Program-made: the position numbers and the translations under genes
Part shown: piece by piece, positions 46,464-56,367 of the stretch
Position numbering within the stretch: position 1 is the first letter of the stretch
Layout: each line of letters begins with the position of its first letter
DNA from: Minisyncoccota bacterium
GTDB taxonomy: Bacteria; Patescibacteriota; Minisyncoccia; Phycocordibacterales; SBAW01
Direction: 5' to 3'
NCBI GenBank assembly: GCA_035510635.1
Contig: DATKGU010000003.1
Location: forward strand, 662 to 64,661
Length of the DNA stretch: 64,000 nucleotides
The notes under the pieces: generated by a model
Seen by the model: the letters and a program-made list of their open reading frames with translations, nothing else
What the model was told of the DNA's origin: nothing
Database searches by the model: none

Positions 46464-47729
46464 ATGAACACACCGCGCATGAAGGTTGCCGTTCTTTTTT
46501 TGGTAGTTGCAATAGCGTTTGGAGCAGGAGTGTTTGCGGGCGTCGGTGAGCGTGTGGGTAATGTTGTATTTGCACAACAAACAGCGTCGAGCACGGCACC
46601 ATCGCTCGACATCTCGGTTTTTAATGCGGCATCACAGCCTAAAGATGTGGACATGTCGCAGTTTTGGGAGGCATACAGTTTGCTCCAGCAAAACTTTGTC
46701 GAGACGCATGCTTCGGGCACCATCCCCACCACGCAAGAAAAACTATATGGCGCGATATCGGGCCTCGCCGCAAGCTACGGCGACCCGTACACCGTGTTTT
46801 TCCCGCCGCAACAAGCCTCTATCTTTGAGTCGCAGGTAAGCGGCAGCTTTGCGGGCGTTGGTATGGAGATGAATCAGGATGACAGTGGCAATATTGTCGT
46901 CACCGCGCCACTCAAAGGTTCTCCAGCCGAGAAGGCGGGTATGCAGAGCGGCGATGTCGTTACGAGTATCGACGCCACCTCCACGGCAGGCATGAGCATC
47001 GACGAGGCCGTCGCACTCATCCGCGGGCCGATTGGCACCACGGTTACACTCACCGTCGCGCGCCAAGGCGTCACGGCACCTATCGTGATACCTATCGTGC
47101 GCGACACCATTAATATCCCCGAAATAAATTCTTATCAACGCCCCGACGGCATCTATGTCATCCAGCTTTACACCTTTACCGCCAACTCGGCCGACCTCTT
47201 CCGCGATGCTTTGCGGCAATATATGCAAACCGGCGACACGAGGCTCATCTTTGACTTGCGCGGCAATCCGGGCGGTTACCTTGAGGCGGCAGTGGAGATG
47301 GCAAGCTACTTCCTCCCCGCGGGCGACGTGGTGGTCACGGAGGACTTTAAAGGCACGCAGCCAAATATCATCAACCGCTCGCTCGGCTACAATGTGTTTG
47401 CCGGCAAAAAACTTTCGATGGCAATATTGGTTGACCAAAACTCGGCCTCCGCTTCCGAAATCTTCTCGGGTGCCTTGCAACAGCATGGCGTGGCAAAACT
47501 CGTGGGCACGCGCACCTTTGGCAAAGGCTCGGTGCAACAGGTGATGGACTTGGGCGGCGGCGCGGAGCTTAAAGTCACCATTGCGCGCTGGCTCACGCCA
47601 AACGGCACCTCTATCAGCGACGGCGGTCTGCAGCCCGACATTGCCGCATCCTCAACCACTGCCGATGACCTCAAAGCAGGCAAAGACCCAACCATGGACG
47701 CCGCAGCGTCGTGGCTCATGACGCAGTAG
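46464..47729 (+). CDS. C-terminal processing peptidase (S41) with PDZ
   Basis: DPYT, DLRGNPGG, SASASEI, TFGKGSVQ. Confidence 0.95.
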   Translation: MNTPRMKVAVLFLVVAIAFGAGVFAGVGERVGNVVFAQQTASSTAPSLDISVFNAASQPKDVDMSQFWEAYSLLQQNFVETHASGTIPTTQEKLYGAISGLAASYGDPYTVFFPPQQASIFESQVSGSFAGVGMEMNQDDSGNIVVTAPLKGSPAEKAGMQSGDVVTSIDATSTAGMSIDEAVALIRGPIGTTVTLTVARQGVTAPIVIPIVRDTINIPEINSYQRPDGIYVIQLYTFTANSADLFRDALRQYMQTGDTRLIFDLRGNPGGYLEAAVEMASYFLPAGDVVVTEDFKGTQPNIINRSLGYNVFAGKKLSMAILVDQNSASASEIFSGALQQHGVAKLVGTRTFGKGSVQQVMDLGGGAELKVTIARWLTPNGTSISDGGLQPDIAASSTTADDLKAGKDPTMDAAASWLMTQ

Positions 47730-47755
47730 CACAAGTTTGGTAAGCTACATTCACT

Positions 47756-48202
47756 ATGAAAGTAATATTCCTCAAGGATGTGCGCAGGGTGGGCCAGCAT
47801 GGCGAAATTAAAAACGTTGCCGACGGCTACGCAGCCAACTTTCTTTTCCCCAACAAATTGGCCGAGCCGGCCACCGAGGCAAAAATAGCGCAGTTTGAGA
47901 AGCAAAAGCAGGCGCACGCGGCCGAGCTCGCACAAGCAGAGGAGCAGCAAGACAAAAAAGTGGCGAGCCTACGCGGCAAAAAAGTTACCATAAGCGCGCG
48001 TGCCACAGAGAAAGGCGGCCTCTTTAAAGCAATCACCGCCAAAGATGTTGCCAAAGCAATTTTGGGCGAGCATAGCCTCGAGATAAGTGAGGACATGCTG
48101 CACGTGAGCGACCCCATAAAAACCGTAGGCGAGCACAAAGTCGTCGTTCAATCAAAAAACCAAAAAGCCGAGCTTGTAGTCCTCATCACCGCCGGTATTT
48201 AA
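47756..48202 (+). CDS. rplI: 50S ribosomal protein L9
   Basis: [21 protein letters not shown]. Confidence 0.97.
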   Translation: MKVIFLKDVRRVGQHGEIKNVADGYAANFLFPNKLAEPATEAKIAQFEKQKQAHAAELAQAEEQQDKKVASLRGKKVTISARATEKGGLFKAITAKDVAKAILGEHSLEISEDMLHVSDPIKTVGEHKVVVQSKNQKAELVVLITAGI

Positions 48203-48226
48203 TTTGTGTGCTATCATGGCTGCCAT

Positions 48227-48385
48227 ATGGATACATTAACTATCATTAGTTTGTTGTCACCTATAGTGTTGGGATGTTTTGTCATTTTTCATGGGTTTAA
48301 AAATATTAAAAAACCTTCAGATAAAAAGTGGTGGATATTGGCTGGGCTTATTATGATAATTGGAAGTATTTTGTTTAATAGGTAA
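48227..48385 (+). CDS. 52-aa two-TM microprotein, absent from the ORF track
   Basis: MDTLTIISLLSPIVLGCFVIFHGFKNIKKPSDKKWWILAGLIMIIGSILFNR; AT-rich; TATCAT upstream. Confidence 0.55.
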   Translation: MDTLTIISLLSPIVLGCFVIFHGFKNIKKPSDKKWWILAGLIMIIGSILFNR

Positions 48386-48521
48386 GTGTGCTTCTAAATA
48401 TATAGGTCGGACCTATGGGTGGCTTGCTAAATAGCTAGATTTCAGGTATATTATAGATAACGGAGCGGGTTCGCCCGCCTTTTTCGTTACAGAGGGGAGT
48501 TTGGAGAATAAAAATCAAAGT

Positions 48522-50330
48522 ATGGAAATACGCAACATTGCTATTATCGCGCACGTGGACCATGGGAAGACAACGCTCACGGATGCTTTGATGCGCCAAA
48601 CTGGCGTTGCCGAGGAGGGTGTCTCGATGGACTCCAACGCGCTCGAGCTTGAGCGCGGCATCACCATCTACTCCAAAAACGCCGCCATTTTTTATCCGCC
48701 GGCCAACTCCGGCCGCGAGGTCACCAAAATAAATCTTGTGGACACCCCAGGCCATGCCGACTTTGGCTCCGAGGTTGAGCGCGTGTTGCGCTCTATCGAC
48801 TCGGTGCTTTTGGTAGTTGATGCGCAAGAGGGCCCGATGCCGCAAACGCGCTTTGTGCTCAAAAAGTCGCTTGAGCTCGGCCTCAAGCCCATGGTCGTGA
48901 TTAACAAAATCGACAAGCCAGCCGCCGACCCGGCGCGCGCCGAGGAGCAAGTGCTCGAGCTCTTTTTGGAGCTCGGCGCCTCCGAAGAGCAAGCCAACTT
49001 CCCGGTGGTGTACTCTATTGGCCGCCAAGGCATTGCAAAAAAACATCTTGATGATGACTCTAAAGACCTCACGCCTTTGCTTGAGATGATTTTGGCGCAT
49101 GTGCCGCCGGCCGGGAAAGGTATGGAAACATTACCGCTCCGCGCCCAGCCGTTTAACTTGGGGTACGACAACTTTTTGGGCCGCTTGGCGGTGGTGCGTG
49201 TCTACGAAGGCAGTTTAACAACTGGCCAAGCCGTGTTTGAACGCACACCAGATGGCGAGACGCGCGCGGGCAAGGTTATTAAAATATTTACATTTAAAGG
49301 ACTCCAAAAAGAGGAGGCCGAGAGCGTTGGCGCGGGCGACATTGCGCTTGTGGCAGGCCTTCCAAAGATTTTTATCGGCGAAACAATTGCCGACTCCGCC
49401 GAGGCGGAACCTTTGCCAGCGATTGCCATCGACGAGCCCACCATCACGCTCAACTTTTTGGTCAACAACTCGCCGTTTGCGGGCCGCGAGGGCAAGTATG
49501 TGACCTCGCGCCAAATCCGCGCGCGCCTCGAGAAGGAGCTTGAAATAAACGTCGGGCTCCGCATCGACTTTAGCGACGACTCGGCCTACAAAGTCTCCGG
49601 CCGCGGCGAGCTCCACATTGCCATCTTGCTCGAAAACATGCGTCGCGAGGGTTACGAGATGCAAGTGTCTCAGCCGCAAGTTATCTTCCAAGAAATCAAC
49701 GGCACCAAGTGCGAGCCGTTTGAGGAGGTTATCATCGACACGCCAAGCGAGTTCCAGGGCGCCATCATTGAGCGCCTCGGTATGCGCAAGTTTGTTATGA
49801 AGGACATGCAGCTCCACGCGGGCACCGTGCGCATCCTTTTTGAGGGCCCAACACGCGGACTCCTCGGCTATCGCAACCAATTTGTGCTCGACACCAAAGG
49901 CATGGGCATCCTCTCCTCGCGTTTTGTCGAGTTCCGCCCCTACGCCGGCGAGATAGTAAAACGCGTGGCAGGTTCGATGACTTCGATGATTGCCGGCAAG
50001 ACGCTCGGCTTCTCGCTAGCGAACCTCCAAGACCGCGGCGTGCTCTACATCAAACCCGCCGAGGAGGTGTATGAGGGCCAAGTGATAGGCAACACCTCCA
50101 AGGGCGATGAGATGTCGGTAAACCCCACCAAAGGCAAACAGCTCACCAACATGCGCGCATCGGGCACCGACGAGGCGCTCAACCTTATACCGCCGTTTAC
50201 ACTCACCATCGAGCGCGGGCTCGAAATCATGGCCGACGATGAATATTTGGAAATCACCCCCAAGAGTGTGCGTCTACGCAAAAAGTTTTTGACCGAGTCC
50301 GCTCGCGTTAAATCTAAAAATAAAGCGTAA
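48522..50330 (+). CDS. typA: Translational GTPase TypA/BipA
   Basis: [27 protein letters not shown]. Confidence 0.97.
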   Translation: MEIRNIAIIAHVDHGKTTLTDALMRQTGVAEEGVSMDSNALELERGITIYSKNAAIFYPPANSGREVTKINLVDTPGHADFGSEVERVLRSIDSVLLVVDAQEGPMPQTRFVLKKSLELGLKPMVVINKIDKPAADPARAEEQVLELFLELGASEEQANFPVVYSIGRQGIAKKHLDDDSKDLTPLLEMILAHVPPAGKGMETLPLRAQPFNLGYDNFLGRLAVVRVYEGSLTTGQAVFERTPDGETRAGKVIKIFTFKGLQKEEAESVGAGDIALVAGLPKIFIGETIADSAEAEPLPAIAIDEPTITLNFLVNNSPFAGREGKYVTSRQIRARLEKELEINVGLRIDFSDDSAYKVSGRGELHIAILLENMRREGYEMQVSQPQVIFQEINGTKCEPFEEVIIDTPSEFQGAIIERLGMRKFVMKDMQLHAGTVRILFEGPTRGLLGYRNQFVLDTKGMGILSSRFVEFRPYAGEIVKRVAGSMTSMIAGKTLGFSLANLQDRGVLYIKPAEEVYEGQVIGNTSKGDEMSVNPTKGKQLTNMRASGTDEALNLIPPFTLTIERGLEIMADDEYLEITPKSVRLRKKFLTESARVKSKNKA

Positions 50331-50335
50331 AAAAA

Positions 50336-50617
50336 TTACCGGGCGTCGACGACGTCTACGGCTGAGCGCACCTTTGTTTTGCCCGTAAAGTCGGTTTTGC
50401 GTACATCGCGAAAGGCTACAAAGCCCGGCTTGAGTGCGAAGATAGTGTGGTCTTTGCCAAGGCCGACGTTTTTGCCCGGGAGCATGGCAGTACCGCGCTG
50501 GCGGACAATAATGTCGCCAATTTTGGCTGCCTCACCGGCAAAGAGCTTAACGCCAAGATATTTTGGCTGTGAGGTATTGAGGTTTTTAGTTGATCCGCCC
50601 GCTTTTTTATGTGCCAT
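50336..50617 (-). CDS. rpmA: 50S ribosomal protein L27
   Basis: [20 protein letters not shown]. Confidence 0.97.
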   Translation of the reverse strand: MAHKKAGGSTKNLNTSQPKYLGVKLFAGEAAKIGDIIVRQRGTAMLPGKNVGLGKDHTIFALKPGFVAFRDVRKTDFTGKTKVRSAVDVVDAR

Positions 50618-50693
50618 ATAGAGGTGCTCGCATGATACCAAATAGAGGCTTTTGTGGCAAGTAGGGCCTATTGGCGCTATACTATGGGCATCT

Positions 50694-51287
50694 ATGTTAG
50701 TTGTTGATGTGGAGGCAAGCGGGATTGATTATGAAAAATGCTCGATTATAAGCGTCGGAGCAATCGACCTAGATAATCCCCAAAAGCAGCTTTATGAAGA
50801 ATGTCGTATCTGGGACGGCGCCCATATAGAGGAGGGCGCCTCGGCGGTGCACGGGCTTTCTGATGCAGAACTCACCGACCCCAAAAAGCAGACCGAGGCC
50901 GACCTGACCCATAAGTTCAAAGCATTTGCCGAGACGGTAAATGATCGGACGCTGGCGGGCCAAAACGTGTCTTTTGACCGCGACTTTTTGAAGGCTGCTG
51001 CTAAGCGTGCCGGCCACACTGACTGGCCGTTTGCCCATCGCACCATCGACACACACACGCTGTGCTACATGCATATGGTTAAAAGGGGAGTTAAGCCGCC
51101 GTTTGATGAGGAGAACCACCGTTCGGCCTTAAATTTGGACGCAGTCTTAAACTACTGCGGTATCCCCGAGGAGCCTAAGCCTCACAACGCGCTCACGGGT
51201 GCTAAAAGCCACGCCGAGGTTATATCGCGCCTGCTATACGATAAAAAGCTCCTTCCGGAGTTTGAGCAGTTTGCGATACCTTGGTAG
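50694..51287 (+). CDS. DEDDh 3'-5' exonuclease
   Basis: DVEASG, QNVSFD, HNAL. Confidence 0.88.
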   Translation: MLVVDVEASGIDYEKCSIISVGAIDLDNPQKQLYEECRIWDGAHIEEGASAVHGLSDAELTDPKKQTEADLTHKFKAFAETVNDRTLAGQNVSFDRDFLKAAAKRAGHTDWPFAHRTIDTHTLCYMHMVKRGVKPPFDEENHRSALNLDAVLNYCGIPEEPKPHNALTGAKSHAEVISRLLYDKKLLPEFEQFAIPW

Positions 51288-51309
51288 CATAGGAAAATCA
51301 GTTAAAAAA

Positions 51310-51380
51310 CGGGCCGTAGTATACCGGCAGTACACATGCATGGGGTGCATGTAGACCGGGTTCAATTCCCGGCGGCCCGA
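51310..51380 (+). tRNA. tRNA-Pro(GGG)
   Basis: CGGGCCG...CATGC ATGGGGT GCATG...CCGGG TTCAATT CCCGG CGGCCCG A. Confidence 0.93.
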
Positions 51381-51584
51381 CATGATACAGAGTTGCCATA
51401 TAGTCAAAATACGTTGCAACACAAGCCTTTTAGCGTCAAATTGAACCCCCCTCTTTTTTGTCAAGCTCGGCGCTTGACCTATTGACCGATTTTGGATATC
51501 GTTATGTTGTCTTAGGCGTAGCCCCGCAGGGGGCTTTTTTGTTGCCAAGGCTTACTCATAACCACGAGCAGCTTAATTTAACTC

Positions 51585-52049
51585 ATGAATCTTACTGCCG
51601 GTCTCGTCATTGCGCTTAGCGCCGTGCTTGGAGGTACCACTCCGGCATCGGCCTCCGCGGTCATACCGCCAGTCCCTCAGCCTCAGACGGTTGAGCAATA
51701 TGTAGAATCGTACTTTGCCGATGAGCCTATCATGGTGGCTGTGGCCGAGTGCGAGTCGCACTTTACCCAATATGATGCCGACGGCTCGGTGTATCGCGGC
51801 AAGGTCAACAATCTCGACGTGGGTGTGATGCAAATCAACGAGCACTACCACAGCACCACCGCCGCTAAGCTCGGCCTCGACCTCTATACCATCCAGGGCA
51901 ATACTGCCTACGCACAATATTTGTATCAAAAAGAAGGCACTGCGCCGTGGAGCTCATCGCGCGCATGCTGGAGCAAAAGCGCCGCTGCTAAACAGCTCGA
52001 TGCCGAGGCTAGCGCCTCGAGCACCACGCTCGCGTTGGCCAATAAATAA
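51585..52049 (+). CDS. Secreted lysozyme-like / lytic transglycosylase protein
   Basis: Signal peptide, AECES, GVMQIN, PWSSS. Confidence 0.8.
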   Translation: MNLTAGLVIALSAVLGGTTPASASAVIPPVPQPQTVEQYVESYFADEPIMVAVAECESHFTQYDADGSVYRGKVNNLDVGVMQINEHYHSTTAAKLGLDLYTIQGNTAYAQYLYQKEGTAPWSSSRACWSKSAAAKQLDAEASASSTTLALANK

Positions 52050-52442
52050 TTACCTTTTGTAGTGCCAGTCGGTGGCCCAAGAGCCTGCGCCGTAGGCTGA
52101 TATATAAAGCAAGCCGCCGACTATCGCCATGTCTTGGAGAAACAGCGCCTGGGCGGAGTTGCTGCCAAGCCCAGTGTAAAAAAACGCCACCGCAATAACA
52201 TAGAGTGCCAGCACAAGCGCCGCTTGGCTGGTTTTAAAACCCACGACAATGGCGATGCCGCAGAGCACCTCGATGAGTATCGCCACAATGGCAAAGGTGG
52301 TTGGCATGGGCGCGCCCACGTTGGCCATCGAGGCAATAGTGGTGGGAAAGTTGAGTGTCGCCTCAACGCCGCTCCAGACAAAAAATCCGCCCATGAGTAT
52401 CCGGCCAATAAGGGGAGCAAAAATATCTCCGTAGTTGTGCAT
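52050..52442 (-). CDS. DoxX family membrane protein
   Basis: LIGRILMGGFF, IEVLCG, GAGSW. Confidence 0.88.
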   Translation of the reverse strand: MHNYGDIFAPLIGRILMGGFFVWSGVEATLNFPTTIASMANVGAPMPTTFAIVAILIEVLCGIAIVVGFKTSQAALVLALYVIAVAFFYTGLGSNSAQALFLQDMAIVGGLLYISAYGAGSWATDWHYKR

Positions 52443-52507
52443 GTGTATATTATAGCAGGGAACTGGCTCCCCTTTGCGCACTATTTTAATTACTGCTAAG
52501 CTGGATT

Positions 52508-52679
52508 AGAACTTCTTTTTAGAGCTAGGGGGAGGAGCATGGACGGGCAAGCGTCGCTAACTTGTCCGCCTCGTGAGGTAACTCCGAGGAAAGTAGGGCC
52601 TCTTGGTTCCTACCCCCTTATGACCTTGGGCCAAGAGGCCCATCAGTTTCAAGCACCGAGCAATCGGTGCTATTTTTTT
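52508..52679 (+). ncRNA. Candidate free-standing sRNA (~170 nt)
   Basis: TTGCGC-17-TAAGCT promoter, several stems, intrinsic terminator, no convincing ORF. Confidence 0.55.
52652..52679 (+). terminator. Intrinsic terminator
   Basis: AGCACCGA-GCAA-TCGGTGCT-ATTTTTTT. Confidence 0.8.
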
Positions 52680-52684
52680 AATAT

Positions 52685-53032
52685 TTATTTATGTGTTGAG
52701 GAGGTCGATTGAGCTTGGAGTGTATCTATCTTATCCAAAAGAGTATTGGCCGTACTCTGCCAATTTGAAAGTACCATTATTTCCAAAGTGCCAACCATTA
52801 CTATCAAGACTACAACAGCCGCGACAATTATAACTTTGGTATCCTTGATATCATCCTTGGCAGACCTTACTTGTTGTAGTATTTCACCCGCTTCTTTTTC
52901 TTGTTCATTAGTTTTATCGTATAGATATTGTATGTGTTCCTCTGTTGTTCTTTGTTTCCCCCCTCCGGTTAGTTGAGACTGAGCGGGGGAATTCTCCTCG
53001 GTACCTCCTCCTGGCCTCAAAGAGTTTGGCAT
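52685..53032 (-). CDS. Hypothetical protein (coiled coil plus TM helix)
   Basis: AT-rich 115-aa ORF. Confidence 0.7.
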   Translation of the reverse strand: MPNSLRPGGGTEENSPAQSQLTGGGKQRTTEEHIQYLYDKTNEQEKEAGEILQQVRSAKDDIKDTKVIIVAAVVVLIVMVGTLEIMVLSNWQSTANTLLDKIDTLQAQSTSSTHK

Positions 53033-53035
53033 ATT

Positions 53036-53428
53036 TTAATCTACTCGCACTACATTAATAAAATATCGATTTCCATCATCAAGTTTTTTCCCGTTCAACC
53101 AAACTCTTAGGTAATACTTTCCTTCCTCACTTACTTCCACTGGGCCAAATATGTTTGTAATGTCGACACCTCCAGTGATGGTTGGACCGGTCGCTGTCGT
53201 TGTTGCAATAATGTCCCCCTTTGGATTTTCAATTCGTGTTTCCACCTTAGTATCTAGTGATGCGGGTACACCTAAAAGCCTAATTAACGCGACAAAAAAT
53301 TGACTTGAGGATTTTATATCCTTTTTTAGAGTAAAAGAATCAAACACATCAATCAAACTTGTCTTTTTTGAGTCGGCATCTTTAATTGAACGCGCTGCCG
53401 TTACTATGTATGCAATGGTAGGTTCCAT
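53036..53428 (-). CDS. Hypothetical beta-rich protein
   Basis: AT-rich; TATAAT 6 nt upstream of ATG; SLIDVFD...EEGKYYLRVWLNG. Confidence 0.7.
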   Translation of the reverse strand: MEPTIAYIVTAARSIKDADSKKTSLIDVFDSFTLKKDIKSSSQFFVALIRLLGVPASLDTKVETRIENPKGDIIATTTATGPTITGGVDITNIFGPVEVSEEGKYYLRVWLNGKKLDDGNRYFINVVRVD

Positions 53429-53777
53429 GTAGCTATTATAGTGAATATTAGCAGTTATTAGAAGAAGCAATAAAGCTCCCCCTCTCCTAGCCGAGATTTT
53501 TAGTGGGGAAGGGGCTATTTATCAATGCAGGCTTCGCGGCCTTAGATTTGGCTCTATTTTGGACCGGCACGGTTTGGGGGAGGAATATACTCAGGATACT
53601 TATCACAAAGATATCCCGCGGGCCTTTATGGAGGGGAATAAGAGGGGTAAATAGCTCAAGGCTCGGTGTCGTCTTTTTATATTCTTTTGCTCCCATCCTC
53701 ACGAATGGGTCGCAAAAGGTATATTGTGCGACGCATATACTATCACGCAGGCTGGGTACGCATGCCATAATGATTGT

Positions 53778-54446
53778 ATGAGATATCGTGCTCAACTTGA
53801 CCCCCTGCTCTCCCCCGCGGAGCGGCGGCTACTTTTACAGCTCTCAACGCCAAACAAGATACAAGACTTTTTAGACTCCTTCCCTGTTAATTTTTCGGCA
53901 ATAGGGGAGCCGGTGCAATCGCCGCGGCAAGTTATCAAAAATAAACGGGCACATTGCATCGAGGCGGCAATAGTGGCTGCCGCTTCCCTCGCCTATCATG
54001 GCAGGGAGGCCTTGTTGCTCGACTTGCAGGCAAACGATGAGGACGAGGACCACGTGGTGGCACTTTTTAAAGAACATAATTTATGGGGCGCGATAAGCAA
54101 GACCAATCATCCGCAACTGCGCTGGCGCGACCCGGTGTACAAAAGTGTGCGCGAGCTCGCGATGTCATACTTCCACGAATATTTTTTGTGGGACACCTCG
54201 CACAATAAAAAAAAGGTGAGCGTCGCGCGCAAAGGCGTTAAAACCCTGCGCGCCTACTCGGCGCCGTTTAACGTGATGCGGTATAAACCCGCCAAGTGGT
54301 GGACAGCGGGCGATTTAGACTGGCTCGCCGAAGAGCTCGACAGTTCGCGTCACTTCCCTGTTGCACCAAAATTGGCGATTAAAAAATTGCGTAAAGTGAG
54401 CAACGTTGAGATTAAAGCCGCTGCGCTTACCGAGTGGCCGCACTAA
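53778..54446 (+). CDS. Hypothetical protein, transglutaminase-like
   Basis: AHCIEAA, DHVVALF, WGAISKTNH. Confidence 0.75.
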   Translation: MRYRAQLDPLLSPAERRLLLQLSTPNKIQDFLDSFPVNFSAIGEPVQSPRQVIKNKRAHCIEAAIVAAASLAYHGREALLLDLQANDEDEDHVVALFKEHNLWGAISKTNHPQLRWRDPVYKSVRELAMSYFHEYFLWDTSHNKKKVSVARKGVKTLRAYSAPFNVMRYKPAKWWTAGDLDWLAEELDSSRHFPVAPKLAIKKLRKVSNVEIKAAALTEWPH

Positions 54447-54458
54447 AAATTTGTTTAA

Positions 54459-55232
54459 CTAATTTTTGTAGCCAAACCCTTTTTTAAATATCCACGTAAG
54501 GATGGCGACAAAAACCGCCATACAGCCAAAGAGTACCGCAAAGCAGATGCCGATATTGATGTCTGACACGCCCAAAAAGCCGTATCGAAAGGCGTTGACC
54601 ATGTAGAGTATGGGGTTAAAGAGCGACACGGTTTGCCAAAAAGGGCTAAATTGCTGTATTGAGTAAAAGATGCCGCCAAGGTAGGTGAGCGGCGTGAGTA
54701 CAAAGGTGGGCACGATGGAGATGCCGTCAAAACCTTTGGCAAACACGCCGTTGATAAGCCCTCCCAAACTAAACACCACCGAGGTGAGGATAACCGCGAG
54801 CAGTAGCACGGCAACATTGTAGATGGCAAAGTGCGTGAAAAAGAGCGAGACAAGGAGCACCAATACGCCAACGATGAGCCCGCGCATCACTCCCCCGCTC
54901 ATGTAGCCAAGTATTACTACCCAGCTTGGCATCGGTGATACGGACATTTCGTCGAGCGTTTTTGTCCATTTTGCAAAGTAAAAGGTGGAGACGGTGTTCA
55001 TGTAGCTCGAGGTAATGACCGACATCATGATGAGGCCCGGCACGATAAACTGGATGTACTCGAAGCCGTGTATAGGCGCCAGCTGCGAGCCGATAAATTT
55101 GCCAAAGACGACAAAATAGAGCGACGTGGTGACCACCGGCGGCAGGAGCGTTTGCGACCATATGCGCACAATGCGCACAAACTCGTTGCGTATCATCGTG
55201 TAGTAAGCTATTGAGATTTTTTGTGGTGTCAT
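54459..55232 (-). CDS. ABC-2 type permease (YadH-like)
   Basis: QTLLPP, FIVPGLIMM, PLTYLGGIFYS. Confidence 0.92.
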   Translation of the reverse strand: MTPQKISIAYYTMIRNEFVRIVRIWSQTLLPPVVTTSLYFVVFGKFIGSQLAPIHGFEYIQFIVPGLIMMSVITSSYMNTVSTFYFAKWTKTLDEMSVSPMPSWVVILGYMSGGVMRGLIVGVLVLLVSLFFTHFAIYNVAVLLLAVILTSVVFSLGGLINGVFAKGFDGISIVPTFVLTPLTYLGGIFYSIQQFSPFWQTVSLFNPILYMVNAFRYGFLGVSDINIGICFAVLFGCMAVFVAILTWIFKKGFGYKN

Positions 55233-55236
55233 AAGG

Positions 55237-55974
55237 TTATGCAGCTTCGCCTTTGATAAGGTCGAGATATATCTGCTCGAGCGACGCCTGGCCGCGGCTC
55301 TTAAGCAGGTTTTGCATCGAGTCGTTGACGATAATGGCGCCTTTGTTGATGATGGCAATGTTGCGGCACAACTCCTCGGCCTCTTCGAGATAGTGGGTGG
55401 TGAGGATAATGGTGGTGCCGCCTTTGTTTAACGTGCGCAAAAAGTCCCACATGCCGAGGCGCATCTCAACATCAACGCCTGCCGTGGGCTCGTCGAGGAT
55501 AAGCAGTTTTGGATTATGGATGAGCCCGCGGGCAATCATGAGGCGGCGCTTCATGCCGCCGCTAAGCTCCCGCGAGGGTGTATTGCGCTTGTCCCACAGC
55601 CCCAAGTCTTTAAGCAGCTGCTCGGCGCGCGGCATGACCTCTGTGCGCGACATGCCGTAGTAGCCGGCCTGTGTCAGTACAATATTGATGACCTTTTCGA
55701 AAATATTAAAATTAAACTCTTGCGGCACGACGCCTATGTATGTTTTGGCGCGCGAAGGTTCGGCATCAATAGAGGCGTCAAAGATAAGTGCGTCGCCCGA
55801 TGTTTTGTTGACGAGACTGGTGACAATGCCGATGAGTGTTGTCTTCCCTGCCCCGTTGGGGCCGAGCAACGCAAAAAAGTCGCCTTCCTCGACGGTGAGG
55901 TTTACGCCTTTGAGCGCTTCGACGCCGTTTTGGTATGTCTTGCGCAAGCCGGTGATGCGTAGTGCGTCTTTCAT
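55237..55974 (-). CDS. ABC transporter ATP-binding protein (YadG-like)
   Basis: GPNGAGKTT, LSGGMKRR, LDEPT. Confidence 0.95.
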   Translation of the reverse strand: MKDALRITGLRKTYQNGVEALKGVNLTVEEGDFFALLGPNGAGKTTLIGIVTSLVNKTSGDALIFDASIDAEPSRAKTYIGVVPQEFNFNIFEKVINIVLTQAGYYGMSRTEVMPRAEQLLKDLGLWDKRNTPSRELSGGMKRRLMIARGLIHNPKLLILDEPTAGVDVEMRLGMWDFLRTLNKGGTTIILTTHYLEEAEELCRNIAIINKGAIIVNDSMQNLLKSRGQASLEQIYLDLIKGEAA

Positions 55975-56032
55975 GTGGACAAAAAATAGAGCGTCAATCG
56001 CTCATACACACAGTGTACCATATACGCAAAAA

Positions 56033-56260
56033 CTACATTGATGCGGAGCACTCTTTGCAGCTTTTTTTGTGAGTGACGAGGAGCCAAACCGCCGAGATGC
56101 CCACAAGGACATACACGGTCCACAAGACCTGCGGCCAGGATCCAAGCAACATGCCAAGCACGTCCCAATTGCTACCGACAAAACCTCCGAGGCCGATAAG
56201 ACCCCAATCAAGGCCGCCGATAATAAGCAGGATAAACGCTATCATGTGGAGTATTTTCAT
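56033..56260 (-). CDS. DUF378-like small membrane protein
   Basis: LLIIGGLDWGLIG, VYVLVGISA. Confidence 0.85.
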   Translation of the reverse strand: MKILHMIAFILLIIGGLDWGLIGLGGFVGSNWDVLGMLLGSWPQVLWTVYVLVGISAVWLLVTHKKSCKECSASM

Positions 56261-56367
56261 ATTGTGTTCAGATTAGAAAAATGATGGCAGGCGGCTCGAC
56301 CTATCCGCGCTACTTTAAGTATGGGCTCTCTGCAATTTTTTAACAGCCCACCATGGGGATAGCGTCT

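Noticed and set aside
15517-47537. Long antisense or alternate-frame ORFs (e.g. 15517..16470, 16937..18016, 25125..26114, 46743..47537)
   Set aside because: Shadows of well-supported genes with no motifs of their own
36620-48720. GC-rich apparent inserts in murF (GRAGQSAGIPPG) and typA ([10 protein letters not shown]) as further coding palindromes
   Set aside because: Stems of only about 5-6 bp, not distinguishable from GC-rich chance pairing
10391-51383. All three tRNA genes lack an encoded CCA end
   Set aside because: Common in many bacteria; not evidence of damage by integration
52530-52650. Canonical RNase P RNA
   Set aside because: Only the 5' word matches; no 3' conserved region or clear P4, and too short
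52651-52679. Resemblance to the 3' hairpin of Cas9 tracrRNA (GCACCGAG...TCGGTGC plus U tract)
   Set aside because: No anti-repeat, array or Cas9 nearby; an ordinary terminator explains it
52539-52712. 57-codon ORF (MDGQASLTCPP...) after GGAGGAG
   Set aside because: Runs through the terminator into the convergent gene and has no protein-like features
53487-53795. ORFs on both strands in this spacer
   Set aside because: Mutually overlapping with no recognisable features; I cannot support either
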